A stretch of 64,000 bases of DNA from an uncultured Candidatus Rokubacteria bacterium. Its GTDB lineage: Bacteria > Methylomirabilota > Methylomirabilia > Rokubacteriales > DASRDR01. Position 1 is the stretch's first letter. Each line of letters opens with the position of its first letter. The DNA lies in assembly GCA_963826115.1 (NCBI GenBank), contig CAWGVS010000010.1, positions 96,001-160,000 of the forward strand. The letters run 5' to 3'. A program made the translations under genes and the position numbers. The notes under the pieces were generated by a model. That model was given only the letters and a program-made list of their open reading frames with translations. It had not been told where the DNA came from and did no database searches. Below, piece by piece: positions 27,783-39,496 of the stretch.

Positions 27783-27971
27783 ATGCGAGGGCCTTGGAGG
27801 GACACGTCGATCGCGCGAGGCAGGCACCCCATGATCGCGCCCGTCGCGCGCGCCGCCACCCAGGACGCGCGGGAATCCACGACTCTCACCGCGGCCGTGG
27901 TGGGCTTCGTCGTTGCCCTCGTGACCTCGGTGGGCGTGTCGGTCGCGTGCGTCGCCTATCTGCACTGGTAG
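27783..27971 (+). CDS. 62-aa small protein with C-terminal TM helix
   Basis: GAGGGAG RBS; LTAAVVGFVVALVTSVGVSVACVAYLHW. Confidence 0.55.
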   Translation: MRGPWRDTSIARGRHPMIAPVARAATQDARESTTLTAAVVGFVVALVTSVGVSVACVAYLHW

Positions 27972-28041
27972 GCGGTTGAGCAGGGAGGGAGTTTCGCCCC
28001 ACGCGGTGACGTCACCGACGGCAAGTGGCGTGTCGACGCGC

Positions 28042-29913
28042 TCAGCGTGCCGAGGCAAGCTCGATTGCGTCGGGCGTGGCCGCGCGCTGCAGCGGCGCCA
28101 GCTCCTGTAGCTGCGCGCATGCCTCGGCGAGCGTGGTCGTCACCCGATCGGCGCCCGCCGTGACCATGGCCTGACGCGCGCTCTCGTCACCGCCGTCGAC
28201 GCCCCACCATCCCACGACGATCGGCAGGTCCGGAAAGCGTGCCCGGAGACGCTTGCACAGGTGTCGGAGGTGCAGGGGATGGCCCGCGCCGGCCAGCGCG
28301 CCGATCACGACCGCGACGGGCGTCTCCTCCTCGACGCGCGTGACGGCCTCGCTGACCAGGAGGTCGGGTGACGCGATGCTCACCGCGAACCGTGTCGGGT
28401 CGAGGCGCTGCTTCAGCATGAGAAGCGCGACCTCGTCCGCCTCTTCCTGGGCGGGCAGCCCGAGAATGGACGTGGCGGGCCGCGTCGGCGGCTCGGCCAG
28501 GGACGCCGGCAGCTCGAGGTCCTCGACGATCTGACGGGTCACGCGCTCGACGTAGCGCACGTCCTCGTCCGTGATTCGGCCGCGCTCGTGGTCGCGCCGC
28601 GCGTGACTCAGGGCAGGCACGAGGACCTCGTCGAAGACGTCGTGGCCGGCCTGTGCGGCGACGTACTCCTGGACCAGGGCCGCGCCCTCGTTCTCGTCCC
28701 GGGCCACGAGCCGCTGGTAGTAGCTCCGGGCGGGTCCCATGACCGGCTCGTCCGACATGAGCACGGACAGGATCTCGAGGTCGGGGATGTACTTGGCGAG
28801 GACGACGAGGCAGACGGTGAGCGGCGTCGCCAGCGCCAGCCCGACGGCGCCCCACACCCAGGTCCAGAAGGCGACTGCCAGCAGGAGCGCGACCTGGGAG
28901 ACGCCCGCGCTCTGGCTGTAGAAGTACGGCTCCAGGATGAAGCCGGTGAAGACCTCCAGCCCGACGAAGAGCCCGGCGATCAGAATGGGCTGGAGCCAGC
29001 CATCGAAGACGGCCAGCCCCGCCAGCGATACCAAGAGCGCGCCCACCCAGGGGCCGACGTACGGGATGAACCGGAGGACCCCGGCCAGCGCGCCCCAGAG
29101 GAAGGCGTACGGAAGACCGATCACGAGCGCGCCGACCGTCACCCCGAGCCCGAAGGCGCCATTGATCAGGCACTGGCGCGTCAGGTAGTGGGTGATCCGC
29201 TGGGCGGCCTCGTCCATGGCCTTGGTGGTGGTGGCGATCCGACCGAACCCGATGACCCGGATCACGCGGTCCCGGAGCTGGAGCCGCTCCAGGAGCATGA
29301 AGATCACGAGGACCAGCACGAGACCGACGTTTGCCAGCGCCTCCAGCAGGACCGGCAGCGACCACAGCGTCGACGACGGTGACTTCACGACCACCGGCAC
29401 CGGCTTGTCGGCCGGCTTGACGGGCTTGTCCTCCTTCTGGAGCTCCTCGACCACCTCCTTGGTGGCCGTCTGCACCTTCTCGATGACGCTCCCGCGGCTG
29501 GCGCCGCGGATCGCGGCGATCTTCTGCTTGAGATGGTCGCGGTAGATCGGGATCTCCTCGCCGAGCCCGGCGGCCTGCAGTCCCACCGCCCACGCGAAGA
29601 CGCCCAGCGCGGAGAACGCCAGGAGCACCACCAGGATCACGGCGACCACGCGCGGCAACCATCGCTCGAACGAGCGGACGATCGGGTTCAGGACGAAGGT
29701 GAGGAGGCTGGCGACCGCGACGGGGACCAGGAACACCCGCCCGAGATAGAGCGCGCCCACCGTCATGAGGACACCGGCGAGCAGGATGACGGGGCGGACG
29801 CCGCGGAGATTCGCCTGGGGCGAACGCGAGCTCCGGGCATGGGACCCCGGCGCCGGATCCCTGGCGACATTCCCGAGCGTGGGGTAACCCGAGATCGAGC
29901 GCGTGTCCGTCAC
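28042..29913 (-). CDS. AI-2E family transporter with C-terminal cytoplasmic domain
   Basis: FLVPVAVASLLTFVLNP, DRVIR, LRFIPYVG, LALATPLTVCL; start GTG 29913 inferred from the promoter position. Confidence 0.85.
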   Translation of the reverse strand: MTDTRSISGYPTLGNVARDPAPGSHARSSRSPQANLRGVRPVILLAGVLMTVGALYLGRVFLVPVAVASLLTFVLNPIVRSFERWLPRVVAVILVVLLAFSALGVFAWAVGLQAAGLGEEIPIYRDHLKQKIAAIRGASRGSVIEKVQTATKEVVEELQKEDKPVKPADKPVPVVVKSPSSTLWSLPVLLEALANVGLVLVLVIFMLLERLQLRDRVIRVIGFGRIATTTKAMDEAAQRITHYLTRQCLINGAFGLGVTVGALVIGLPYAFLWGALAGVLRFIPYVGPWVGALLVSLAGLAVFDGWLQPILIAGLFVGLEVFTGFILEPYFYSQSAGVSQVALLLAVAFWTWVWGAVGLALATPLTVCLVVLAKYIPDLEILSVLMSDEPVMGPARSYYQRLVARDENEGAALVQEYVAAQAGHDVFDEVLVPALSHARRDHERGRITDEDVRYVERVTRQIVEDLELPASLAEPPTRPATSILGLPAQEEADEVALLMLKQRLDPTRFAVSIASPDLLVSEAVTRVEEETPVAVVIGALAGAGHPLHLRHLCKRLRARFPDLPIVVGWWGVDGGDESARQAMVTAGADRVTTTLAEACAQLQELAPLQRAATPDAIELASAR

Positions 29914-29926
29914 TCGCGTGCATCGG

Positions 29927-29942
29927 TGCGAAACGCATGCCG
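29927..29942 (-). promoter_or_regulatory. sigma-54 promoter of AI-2E gene
   Basis: CGGCATGCGTTTCGCA. Confidence 0.65.
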
Positions 29943-29995
29943 GCCGCTTTCTAGCCCTTGGCCGCGGTCCACGCGACGCGAATGTCGCCGATTCG

Positions 29996-30027
29996 CGTCG
30001 TCGTGTCGCCACCACGACACCGTGGCG
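29996..30027. promoter_or_regulatory. tandem UAS pair between divergent promoters
   Basis: CGTCGTCGTGTCG (29996) and CGACACCGTGGCG (30015). Confidence 0.7.
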
Positions 30028-30082
30028 CTCACTCGCTCGCGGGAACGCGCGGGATATCCCGGAACCGACGTTGCGCCGGCGG

Positions 30083-30098
30083 CGGCACAGGGATTGCC
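30083..30098 (+). promoter_or_regulatory. sigma-54 promoter
   Basis: CGGCACAGGGATTGCC. Confidence 0.75.
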
Positions 30099-30130
30099 TC
30101 TCTCGGCAACAACCGAGAGGAGGTGGCTCG

Positions 30131-30208
30131 ATGCGCGCGTTGATCCTGTATCTGCTGGGCGTTCCGGTTCTCGTGATCGTGGTCCTGTGGGTGTTCGGTG
30201 TCGTGTAG
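30131..30208 (+). CDS. 25-aa single-TM peptide
   Basis: GAGGAGG RBS; MRALILYLLGVPVLVIVVLWVFGVV. Confidence 0.7.
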   Translation: MRALILYLLGVPVLVIVVLWVFGVV

Positions 30209-30558
30209 CGGATGGTCGCGGCGGGCCGCGGCCCGACGGGCGGGTCGCGGGCGTGCACGGTGGGGCGCGGCCTGCGATGTCTTCTCTCGTCTCCTCGCCG
30301 GAGGGGGCGACGCGTGGTCGCGCGCGCCTCGGCGGGTCCCCGTCGCCGCCGCGGTGACCCGGGCGGTCCCGCTCGCCGCCATCGCGGGCCTGACCGTGTG
30401 GGCGGAGACGACCGTGGCCCGCCTGGACCTCGACGCCGTCCAGCAGGCGCCGCTGGTCCCGTCCGCCGGCCGGCCACTACGCTCCGGCATCGCCGTCCGC
30501 GCTGTCGCGGGACGCTTGCCGCCGACAGCCGGGGACCGATGAGGGCGCCGACCTCGCG

Positions 30559-32292
30559 ATGACCCTCGACGACCTGTTCCTCTTCGTGCAGCGTGGGATC
30601 GATCGGCTGATCCGGCGGCTCAGGCTCGGCGCCCCGCCGCCCGTGGGCCGGCGACGCCTCCTGGTGGTCCAGATCGACGGGCTGTCGCGTGCCGTGCTCG
30701 AGGCGGCCCTGGCTCGCGGGGACATGCCGGTCCTCCACGAGCTCCTCGGGCATCCAGCCGGACGGCCCCGCCGGGGCCGGCGCCCATCGCGACGGGGCCA
30801 CGGCAGTCACCGGCTCTGCTCGATGACGGTCGGCCTCCCGACGTCGACGCCGGCGTTCCAGATGGCGGCGATGTACGGCGTCCAGCCGGACATCCCGGGC
30901 TTCCACTATCACGACAAGCGGCGCGGGACCGACATCCACTTCCCCCACGCGGGTCACGCCGCCTTCGTCGAGGCGAGCCAGGCGGGCGGGCGGTCCGGCA
31001 TCCTCCGGGGCGGCAGCGTCTACGGATGCGCGTTCACGGGGGGCGCCGAGCACGACTTCTTCAGCTTCGCCCGGCTCACGCGGCCGCGCGCCCCCGGGCT
31101 CGTCCGCGTCCTGTCGGCGTTCGTGCTCGTCGGATGGGTGACGGCCAAGAGCGCGGCGCTCTCCGGCGCCGAGGTCGTCCGGACGCTGGGCGGTGTCGCG
31201 CGGCACCCCCGCCGGCGCGCCGACGCGTGGCGATGGCTGAAGAAGCGGATCGGCGTATCGGTGTGGACGCGCCAGTGGTTCACGTTCGCGGTGGCCCGCG
31301 ATGTCTACGACGGGGTGCCGGCCATCTACGTCAACTACCTCGACCACGACGAGGGGGCGCACGCCTTCGGCCCGCGGAGCGCGGCCGGGTTCGCGGGCCT
31401 CCGCGCGGTCGACCGCTCGCTCCGGCAGATCCGGCGCGCGCTCCGGCGCGTGCCCGAGCATCGCTACGACCTCTACATCCTCTCGGATCACGGCCAGGCC
31501 GCCTGCACCGCATACTCCACGCTGCGCGGCGGCCGGCGGTTCGAGCGGGCCTTCTTCGACGAGGTCCTGCCGGGCATCGGCGGGGCAGGCTCCCGGTCGA
31601 CGAGGCCGTGGCTGGCCGGCCCGCTCGCGTCCGGCGCCGCGGCCGGCCGCGGGCGGGCGATCGAGCTCGGCTTCGCGCCCTATCTCGACGTGCGCGAGTC
31701 GTGGGAGCAGGACGGCGTCCGCGTGGTCTCGGCCGGGCCGAACGCGTTCGTCTACTTCCTCGACGCGCCCGAGCCGCTCCTGCTCGACGCGATCGAGTCC
31801 CGCCGACCCGGATTGCCCGCCGTCCTCTCCAAGAGTCCCGGCGTCGGGTTCGTGCTCGCTCGATCGGCGGCCGGCCCCGTCTGCTTCTGGCGCGGCCTGA
31901 CCTATCGTCTCGGGGACCACGCCGGTCCGTTCGCCGACCGGGAGGACCGCGCGGTCCTGGTCCGGGACCTCTCGACCCTGATGGCGATGCCGAGCGCCGG
32001 CGATCTCGTGGTCTACGGCACCGGGGCCCCGGAAGGCCACGTGTCCTTCATCGACGAGATCGGCGCCCACGCCGGCCCGTCGCCGGAGGAGCTCCATACC
32101 TTCGTCGTCGCACCCGCGTCGGCGCGCATGCCGGAGTCGATCGACCACCCGCTCCAGCTGTACCCGCTGTTCCTCGCCTACCAGTTCGGCGGCGCGGAGT
32201 CCGAGGTCGAGCCGGTCGAGGACGATGACAAGCTGTCGGCGCGGCGACACGGCCACGGGTCGCCGCCCTGGCGGTGCGCGGTCTCGGCTTGA
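30559..32292 (+). CDS. alkaline phosphatase superfamily (type I phosphodiesterase-like) protein
   Basis: LVVQIDGLS, LPTSTPAFQ, YLDHDEGAHAFGP, ILSDHGQ, GAHAG. Confidence 0.8.
   Translation: MTLDDLFLFVQRGIDRLIRRLRLGAPPPVGRRRLLVVQIDGLSRAVLEAALARGDMPVLHELLGHPAGRPRRGRRPSRRGHGSHRLCSMTVGLPTSTPAFQMAAMYGVQPDIPGFHYHDKRRGTDIHFPHAGHAAFVEASQAGGRSGILRGGSVYGCAFTGGAEHDFFSFARLTRPRAPGLVRVLSAFVLVGWVTAKSAALSGAEVVRTLGGVARHPRRRADAWRWLKKRIGVSVWTRQWFTFAVARDVYDGVPAIYVNYLDHDEGAHAFGPRSAAGFAGLRAVDRSLRQIRRALRRVPEHRYDLYILSDHGQAACTAYSTLRGGRRFERAFFDEVLPGIGGAGSRSTRPWLAGPLASGAAAGRGRAIELGFAPYLDVRESWEQDGVRVVSAGPNAFVYFLDAPEPLLLDAIESRRPGLPAVLSKSPGVGFVLARSAAGPVCFWRGLTYRLGDHAGPFADREDRAVLVRDLSTLMAMPSAGDLVVYGTGAPEGHVSFIDEIGAHAGPSPEELHTFVVAPASARMPESIDHPLQLYPLFLAYQFGGAESEVEPVEDDDKLSARRHGHGSPPWRCAVSA
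32226..32257. promoter_or_regulatory. tandem UAS pair inside the 3' end of the upstream CDS
   Basis: TGACAAGCTGTCG (32226) and CGACACGGCCACG (32245, weaker). Confidence 0.5.
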
Positions 32293-32340
32293 TTCTGGCC
32301 GCGTTCGAGCCGATCCGTACCTACTCGACGCGGGCGCGAC

Positions 32341-32356
32341 TGGCATGCCACTCGCA
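32341..32356 (+). promoter_or_regulatory. sigma-54 promoter
   Basis: TGGCATGCCACTCGCA. Confidence 0.7.
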
Positions 32357-32416
32357 CACCAGTAGACAACGAAGCGCGCGGCTCGAGCGAGCTGGCGTGC
32401 GAGAAAGGCGGACCAG

Positions 32417-32803
32417 ATGACACGCACGCTGCTCGGCGTCACGTTCGCGATCGGCCTCGTGGCGAGCCTGCCCGGCCCGACCCACGCCGGCGGCGCCCTG
32501 ATCGAGACCACGGCCCCGCTCGCGGATCGCTCCGAAGAGTCCGTCAAGGCGGCGGTCGTCGCGGCGATCGACAAGGCGATGCGCGGCGCCGCGGCCATGG
32601 GCTTCGCGTGGGTCCAGCTCCGCGACGCGCAGGTGTCGGAGGGTGAGGTGGCGATCCAGATCCTGGCGACCGACGAGAAGCCAGGAGCCGTGGACGGGGT
32701 CCAGCCGGATCCCGCTCCGGACGCGAGCCCGGGCGACGACGCGCTCTCGGGCGAGACGGACCGGGGGCCGGCGATTCCGGAAGGCGCGCGGCTCCACATC
32801 TGA
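32417..32803 (+). CDS. hypothetical secreted protein
   Basis: Signal peptide ending THA; acidic C-terminus; lies downstream of a sigma-54 promoter. Confidence 0.6.
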   Translation: MTRTLLGVTFAIGLVASLPGPTHAGGALIETTAPLADRSEESVKAAVVAAIDKAMRGAAAMGFAWVQLRDAQVSEGEVAIQILATDEKPGAVDGVQPDPAPDASPGDDALSGETDRGPAIPEGARLHI

Positions 32804-32833
32804 GCGACGCGCGCGGCGCCGCCCCGGCCGCGG

Positions 32834-34127
<1,294 letters not shown>

Positions 34128-34422
34128 GGGCCGGCGACTCGGCTCGGGCAGGGAGGGGCCGACGGGTCCGACGAGCGCAGGCGAGGCCGCCCGGCGGCGG
34201 TCACGCCGACCGGCCGGCGGTCGCCGCCGTCACGGGCTAGGACCCGAACGGGCCGCATGAAGGCATCGCCGTCCTTCCCTGGCATCCCGATGTCGGGACA
34301 CTAGCACGTCGGGCTGCCGGGAGGCGAGAGGTTGTCGGCGGCAGCCGGTGGGAGCGGGCGTGGGCGTCACGGCGCGCCGCTCGGCCGCGGCGCGGTCGAG
34401 CCCGGGCGCGTCGGCTCCGCGG

Positions 34423-36473
34423 TCAGGACGAGTGCGCGGAGCACCTCGGCCACGCTCCACGCCTGCGCGATGCACCCGCGCGGCGTGAACGGCGCCTCGG
34501 CGTCGAAGATCTCGCTGATACTGCCGACGCACGCCTCGTCGAGGTGCGGCCAGAAGCCGTCGAGCAGGCTGCGGGCCGTCGCCCGGTCCTCGGGGTGGAC
34601 GCGGAGCCAGGCGTCGACGAACGGGCCGATGAGCCAGGCCCAGACCGTGCCCTGGTGGTAGGCCGCGTCGCGCGCTCGGAGGTCGCCGTCATACGTCGCC
34701 TTGTAGTCGGGGTGGCCGGGGGCCAGCGATGCGAAGTCCGACCGGCGTGAGGAGGCGGGTCCGGACCACCGTCAGCACCGGCGGCCACCGCGCCTCGGTC
34801 CAGGACCGGGTGGCGGAGCGAGATGGCGAACAGCTGGTTGGGCCGGCAGGCCGCATCGTCGCCTGCTCGCCGTCGACCACGTCGTAGAGGTAGCCGCCGT
34901 CGGCGTACCAGAAGCGGCGGTTGAACGACGCGCGCGCGTTCGGCGGCCCGGGCCGCCAACGCCGCCGCGGGCTCGTCGCCCTCTTCCTCCCGGAGCCACC
35001 CCTCGAGGAGCCGGAGGGCGTTGTACCAGAGCGCGTTGATCTCGACCGCCTTGCCGCGCCGCGGCGTCACCACCCAGTCGTCGACCTTGGCGTCCATCCA
35101 GGTGAGCTGGTAGCCGTCCGCGCCCTGGCGGAGCAGACCGTCCGCCGGGTCGACGCCGATGCCGAACCGCGTGCCGGCGAGGTGGTGGTCCACGATCGCG
35201 ACCAGGGTCGGCAGGAGGAGCGCGGAGCGTGCCGCGGTCCGCCGTCGCCGCGAGGTAGCGGTCGAGGGCGTGGAAGTACCAGAGGCGTCGCGTCGGCCGT
35301 GTGGTAGAGCCCGTCCCGCGCGCCTTCCGGGAACATGTTGGGGATCAGGCCGTCGCGCACGTAGTGGGCGAACGTGCGCAGGATGTAGCCGGCCTCGACG
35401 TGGCGGCCCGTGAGCAGGGTCAGGCCCTCGAGGCTGATCATCGTGTCGCGTCCCCAGTCGGTGAACCAGTGGTAGCCGGCGATGATCGTGCCGCGCCTCG
35501 TCGCCGGTCGCCGCGCGCGAGCGCGGCGTCCGCCACGCGCCCCGCCGGCGTGATGACGAACTGGTCGGCGGCCAGCACGAGCTCCGCGGCCGGCCCGGTC
35601 CGGGCGAGCGGATGCGCGGCCGCGAGCAGGCGCCGTCGCCGCACGCGCTCGGCGCGCTCGGCGGTCTCGGGATCGAGCGCGTCGCATGGCCTCCCACGAC
35701 TCGGTCGAGGCGACGAGGGTGCTCGCTTCGCTCCGGCTCGAGCGTCACGCGGAAGTACCCGGGGCTCCAGAGGTCACCGGTCGCCTCGTAGCCGCGACTC
35801 TCCTCCACCGGGTACAGGACCTGCTGGATCGTGTGCCCCGACACGCGGAAGGCGGCGGCCGGGCCGTGCATGCGGAACCGGAGCGCGCGGGAGCTCCGGC
35901 GTCGCGAAGAGCTCGTAGCGATCGCCCACGACCGTGAGCCGCGTAGGGCCCGGCCAGGGGATCGCTCACGGGCCGCTCGTGCGGGCGGAAGTGGACCGCC
36001 GGCCGCACGTGGAGATCGAACGGGGCCGGCGCCGGCGATGCAGCCGGTAGCTCACGTGGACGGTGTTCTGGCGGTAGGGCAGCAGCAGGCGCTTCTCGAG
36101 GGCGACCGCGGCCGAGCTCGTACCGCCAGACCGGCAGCCCGCTCTCCAGGCGGAACTCCGCGAGGTCCAGGAGCTCGCGCCGGCTTCGCCGCTCGCCGTC
36201 GACCTCCCGCCCGTCGCGGGAGCGGCGACGCCGGCGTCCGCCAGGTCGAGTCGCTCGTGCAGGTGGCTCAGCATGATCATCCGGCCGAGCGGCGCCGGGA
36301 GCGCGGCGATCAGCAGCCCGTGGTAGCGGCGCGTCATGCGCGCCGGACACCGTTCCCGACGCGTAGCCGCCGAGCCCGTTGGTCACCAGCCACTCGCGCG
36401 TGCGCCGCGCCGCCGGGTCTCGGCGGACGTCACGTGCGGGCCAGGCGGATGCGGCGCGACCAGCTCGGCTCAT
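34423..36473 (-). CDS. amylo-alpha-1,6-glucosidase (glycogen debranching enzyme family), multiply frameshifted
   Basis: Fragments EWLVTNGLGGYASGT, TRRYHGLL, IIAGYHWFTDWGRDTMISLEGL, GLIPNMFP, QLTWMDAK, PRRGKAVEINALWYNAL, RPNQLFA. Confidence 0.8.
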
Positions 36474-38389
36474 CCCACACGCCGTCGAAGCACCAGCGCC
36501 GCGCTGGCCCGGGAGGCCCCACGCACGCCGTCGGGATCCACCGCCGGCGTCCCGAGCCGCCGTAGCGGATCGCTTCGCTCGACCAGCGGAGCTGCCAACG
36601 CGCCCCGGCCGGCGGTGCGAGCAGCGGCTCGGCGACCGAGGGCAGCGTGAGGTCACGGCCGAGGTTGACGCAGCAGCAGGCGGTCGCCCGCCTCGGCGCG
36701 TTCCCCGAAGAAGCGCAGCACGAACGCCTCCGGTCCGAGCACGGCGCCGTCGACCCCGCTTCGCCGCTGCGCGCGGAAGACCGGGTCCTCCCGGCGCAGG
36801 CGGAGCAGGTCGCGGTGGAGCGCATAGGCGGCGGCGTGTCGCTCGCGCTCCGCGAAGTCGAGCTTGCAGCGCTCGAACGTCGCCGGTCGCGCCGGGTCGG
36901 GGACCGCCGCCTGCGCCTCGGCGCCGCGCGAGGCTCGGGAACTGGCGCGAGGAACTGGCGCGCGCCCCGCCCGGACCCGCTTCGCCAGCTCGGGCTCGTG
37001 GTCGGCGAAGTAGAGGAACGGGCTGGACGCGGCGAACTCCTGCCCCTGGAACAGCATCGGCGTGCCCGGCGCCGAGCAGCAGCAGCGCCGTCATCGCGCG
37101 GTAGCGCCCGGGGCTGGTCAGCGCGGTCGCCGCGGAGCCCGCCGGGCGGAGTTGGCGACCTGGTCGTGGTTCTGCGATGAAGTGCACGAAGCGACGCGGG
37201 CGCGAGGTCCGAGCGCCGGCGTGCCGCGCCGCTTGCCTCTGCCACGCGTAGCGCTGCCCCTGGTAGAGGTAGCCGCGCTTGACCGCCGAGATGAGCTCCT
37301 GCGGCGTGCCCGCGGTAGTCGCGTGTAGTAGGCCTCGGCGCGGCCGGTCAGCGCGACGATCGCGCGCGTGGTGGAAGTCGTCGTTCCACAGCGCGTCGAG
37401 GCCGTAGCCGCCGCTGCTCGGCGGGCGCGACGAGGCGCGCGTCCTGCGGCTCGTTCTCGGCGACGACGAAGATCGCGCGGCCGCCGGCCGCCGGCCCGCG
37501 CCTGGCGCGCGATCGCGGCCAGGATGTGCTCGCGGCGAGCGCGTCGAAGATCGTCCTGCGTCGCGTCGAGCCGCAGGCCGTCGAGGTGGAACTCGTCGAT
37601 CCAGTAGCCGGCGTTGGCGACGAAGAACTCGCGCACCGGCCCGGCGCCCGCGCCGTCGAAGTTGATCGCCTCGCCCCACTCGGTGCGCGTGACGCGTCGG
37701 TGAAGTAGGCCGGCGCAGAACTGCGCCAGGTAGTTGCCGTCGGGCCCGAGGTGGTTGTAGACGACGTCGAGGATCACGCCGAGGCCGAGCGCGTGGGCGC
37801 GGTCGACGAAGCGCGCGGAAGTCGTCGGGCCGGCCGTAGAGGCGCGTCGGCGCGAACAGATCGACGCCGTCGTAGCCCCAGCCGAAGTCGCCCGGGGAAC
37901 TCGGCGACCGGCATGACCTCGAGCACGGTGATGCCCGAGCGTCGGCCAGCTCCGGCAGCTCGCGGCGCGGCCGCGTCCCAGGTGCCCTCCGCGCGTGAAC
38001 GTGCCGACGTGCATCTCGTAGACGACCTGGCCCTCGCGCCGGACGCCCGGCCAGCGCGCCGTCGGTCCACGCGAAGGCGCCCGGGTCGACGACCTGCGAC
38101 GGGCCGTGCGGCCCCTCCGGCTGGAAGCGCGACGCGGGATCGGGCAGCGGCCCGGCCCGCCGTCGAGCCGGTACGCGTAGGTCGCTCCCGCCCGGACGCC
38201 GGCGACGAGACCGGCGTGGTACCCGTCGGGCTCCGTGGCGAGGGCGACGTGGCGATCGTGGAGCTCGACCTCCACGCTCGTGGCCGCCGGCGCCCACACG
38301 CGGAAATGCGCGCCGCTGCCGTCGGGGACGAGCTCCGCGCCGACCGGCAGGCGGCGCCATGCGGGGGGCGAGGGGGGGCGCGTTCGCAC
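36470..38389 (-). CDS. treZ: malto-oligosyltrehalose trehalohydrolase, multiply frameshifted
   Basis: HFRVWAP, PDPASRFQPEGPHGPSQVVDP, YEMHVGTF, WGYDGV, DVVYNHLGPDGNYL, DEFHLDGLRLDATQ, WNDDFHH, QNHDQVAN, MLFQGQEF. Confidence 0.82.
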
Positions 38390-38402
38390 AGCGGGACCTC
38401 GG

Positions 38403-38418
38403 GGCAACTTCTATACCA
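38403..38418 (-). promoter_or_regulatory. sigma-54 promoter of treZ operon
   Basis: TGGTATAGAAGTTGCC. Confidence 0.75.
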
Positions 38419-38493
38419 GACAACGGCCGCGTGCGCCGCTCCGGTCCGGCCGGAGAACGCCGCCCGCGCTCGAAGACGGTCTCACGGCCCGGG

Positions 38494-38525
38494 CGCCACC
38501 GTGTCGCCGCGACGACACCGTGACG
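38494..38525. promoter_or_regulatory. tandem UAS pair between divergent promoters
   Basis: CGCCACCGTGTCG (38494) and CGACACCGTGACG (38513). Confidence 0.82.
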
Positions 38526-38628
38526 TTAGTAGGCCGGGATCTGACACGGCTTCGTCCCGGTCGTGATCGCGCACAAATGCGCGCGTGGAGCGCTCCGCGG
38601 CCCACGCCGCCCGCGCTCCGGATCGCGG

Positions 38629-38644
38629 TGGCACCCGGCTTGCT
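38629..38644 (+). promoter_or_regulatory. sigma-54 promoter
   Basis: TGGCACCCGGCTTGCT. Confidence 0.88.
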
Positions 38645-38699
38645 CCGACACCCTGGTATGCGCAATGAGCGGATCGTGGACATTCAGGGAGGCGTGAGC

Positions 38700-39383
38700 A
38701 TGACGACTGAGTTCCGTACCCTCATCACCGTGGCGGCGCTGGCGGCCCTCGTCGGCACGGCCGATGCCGGTTCGGCGCCCGCGCCGAAGACCGTGGCGGC
38801 GACGTCGGCCAAGGCGACGGAGCCCATCAAGGACACGAAGCGGTTCGCCGAGAACGCCGGCCTCTCGCGGGCGAGCTCGGTGATCGGAAGCAGCGTGAAG
38901 GATCTGTCCGGCAAGGACGCCGGAAAGGTCGAAGACCTCCTGCTCGACTACCGCGGACACGTCGGCTACGCCGTGGTGTCGTTCGGCGGGTTCCTGGGCA
39001 TCGGCGACAAGCTGTACGCGGTGCCGTGGGACGCCGTGATCGTGGATCAAGAGAAGCGGACGGTCTACCTCGACGTGAAGAAGGAAGCACTCGAGCACGC
39101 CCCGAGCTTCTCGTCCGACAAGTGGCCCGAGCAGAACGATCGCACGTGGGGCCAGGCAGTCAAGAAGGCCTGGAGCGATGCCTCGATCACCGCTTCGGTC
39201 AAGACGAAGCTGGCGGGCACGGCGCCCGCCACGCTCCTGAAGGTCGACGTCGACACGACCAACGGGATCGTGCAGCTGAACGGCACGGTCGACAGCGACA
39301 AGACGCGCCAGCGCGCGACCGAGCTGGCCCGTCAGGTCGACGGGGTGCGCCGCGTGGTGAACAACCTCAGGGTGCAGAGCTAG
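38700..39383 (+). CDS. secreted PRC-barrel + BON domain protein
   Basis: RASSVIGSSV...GKVEDLLLD...YAVVSFGGFLGIGDKLYAVPW, then a BON domain (DASITASVKTKL...VDGVRRVVNNL); GGGAGG RBS. Confidence 0.88.
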   Translation: MTTEFRTLITVAALAALVGTADAGSAPAPKTVAATSAKATEPIKDTKRFAENAGLSRASSVIGSSVKDLSGKDAGKVEDLLLDYRGHVGYAVVSFGGFLGIGDKLYAVPWDAVIVDQEKRTVYLDVKKEALEHAPSFSSDKWPEQNDRTWGQAVKKAWSDASITASVKTKLAGTAPATLLKVDVDTTNGIVQLNGTVDSDKTRQRATELARQVDGVRRVVNNLRVQS

Positions 39384-39496
39384 CGCTCGCATCTCGAGGG
39401 GGCTCGTCTCGCGGCCTCGCGGAGCCCGGGAGCGCCGGCTTGGCGCCGCCCGGGCTCCGTCCGTCGACCGCATCACCGAACCGCAAGGAGGGTCTC

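Noticed and set aside
30198-30562. Short ORFs between the 25-aa peptide and the phosphodiesterase
   Set aside because: No clear RBS, start or recognisable family
28042-32799. 1585-aa ORF and other long shadow ORFs (1554..4148, 3934..6537, 18260..21028, the N-terminal part of 61322..63535)
   Set aside because: Antisense or alternate-frame artefacts of high GC; the real genes lie on the opposite strand or only at the ORF's 3' end
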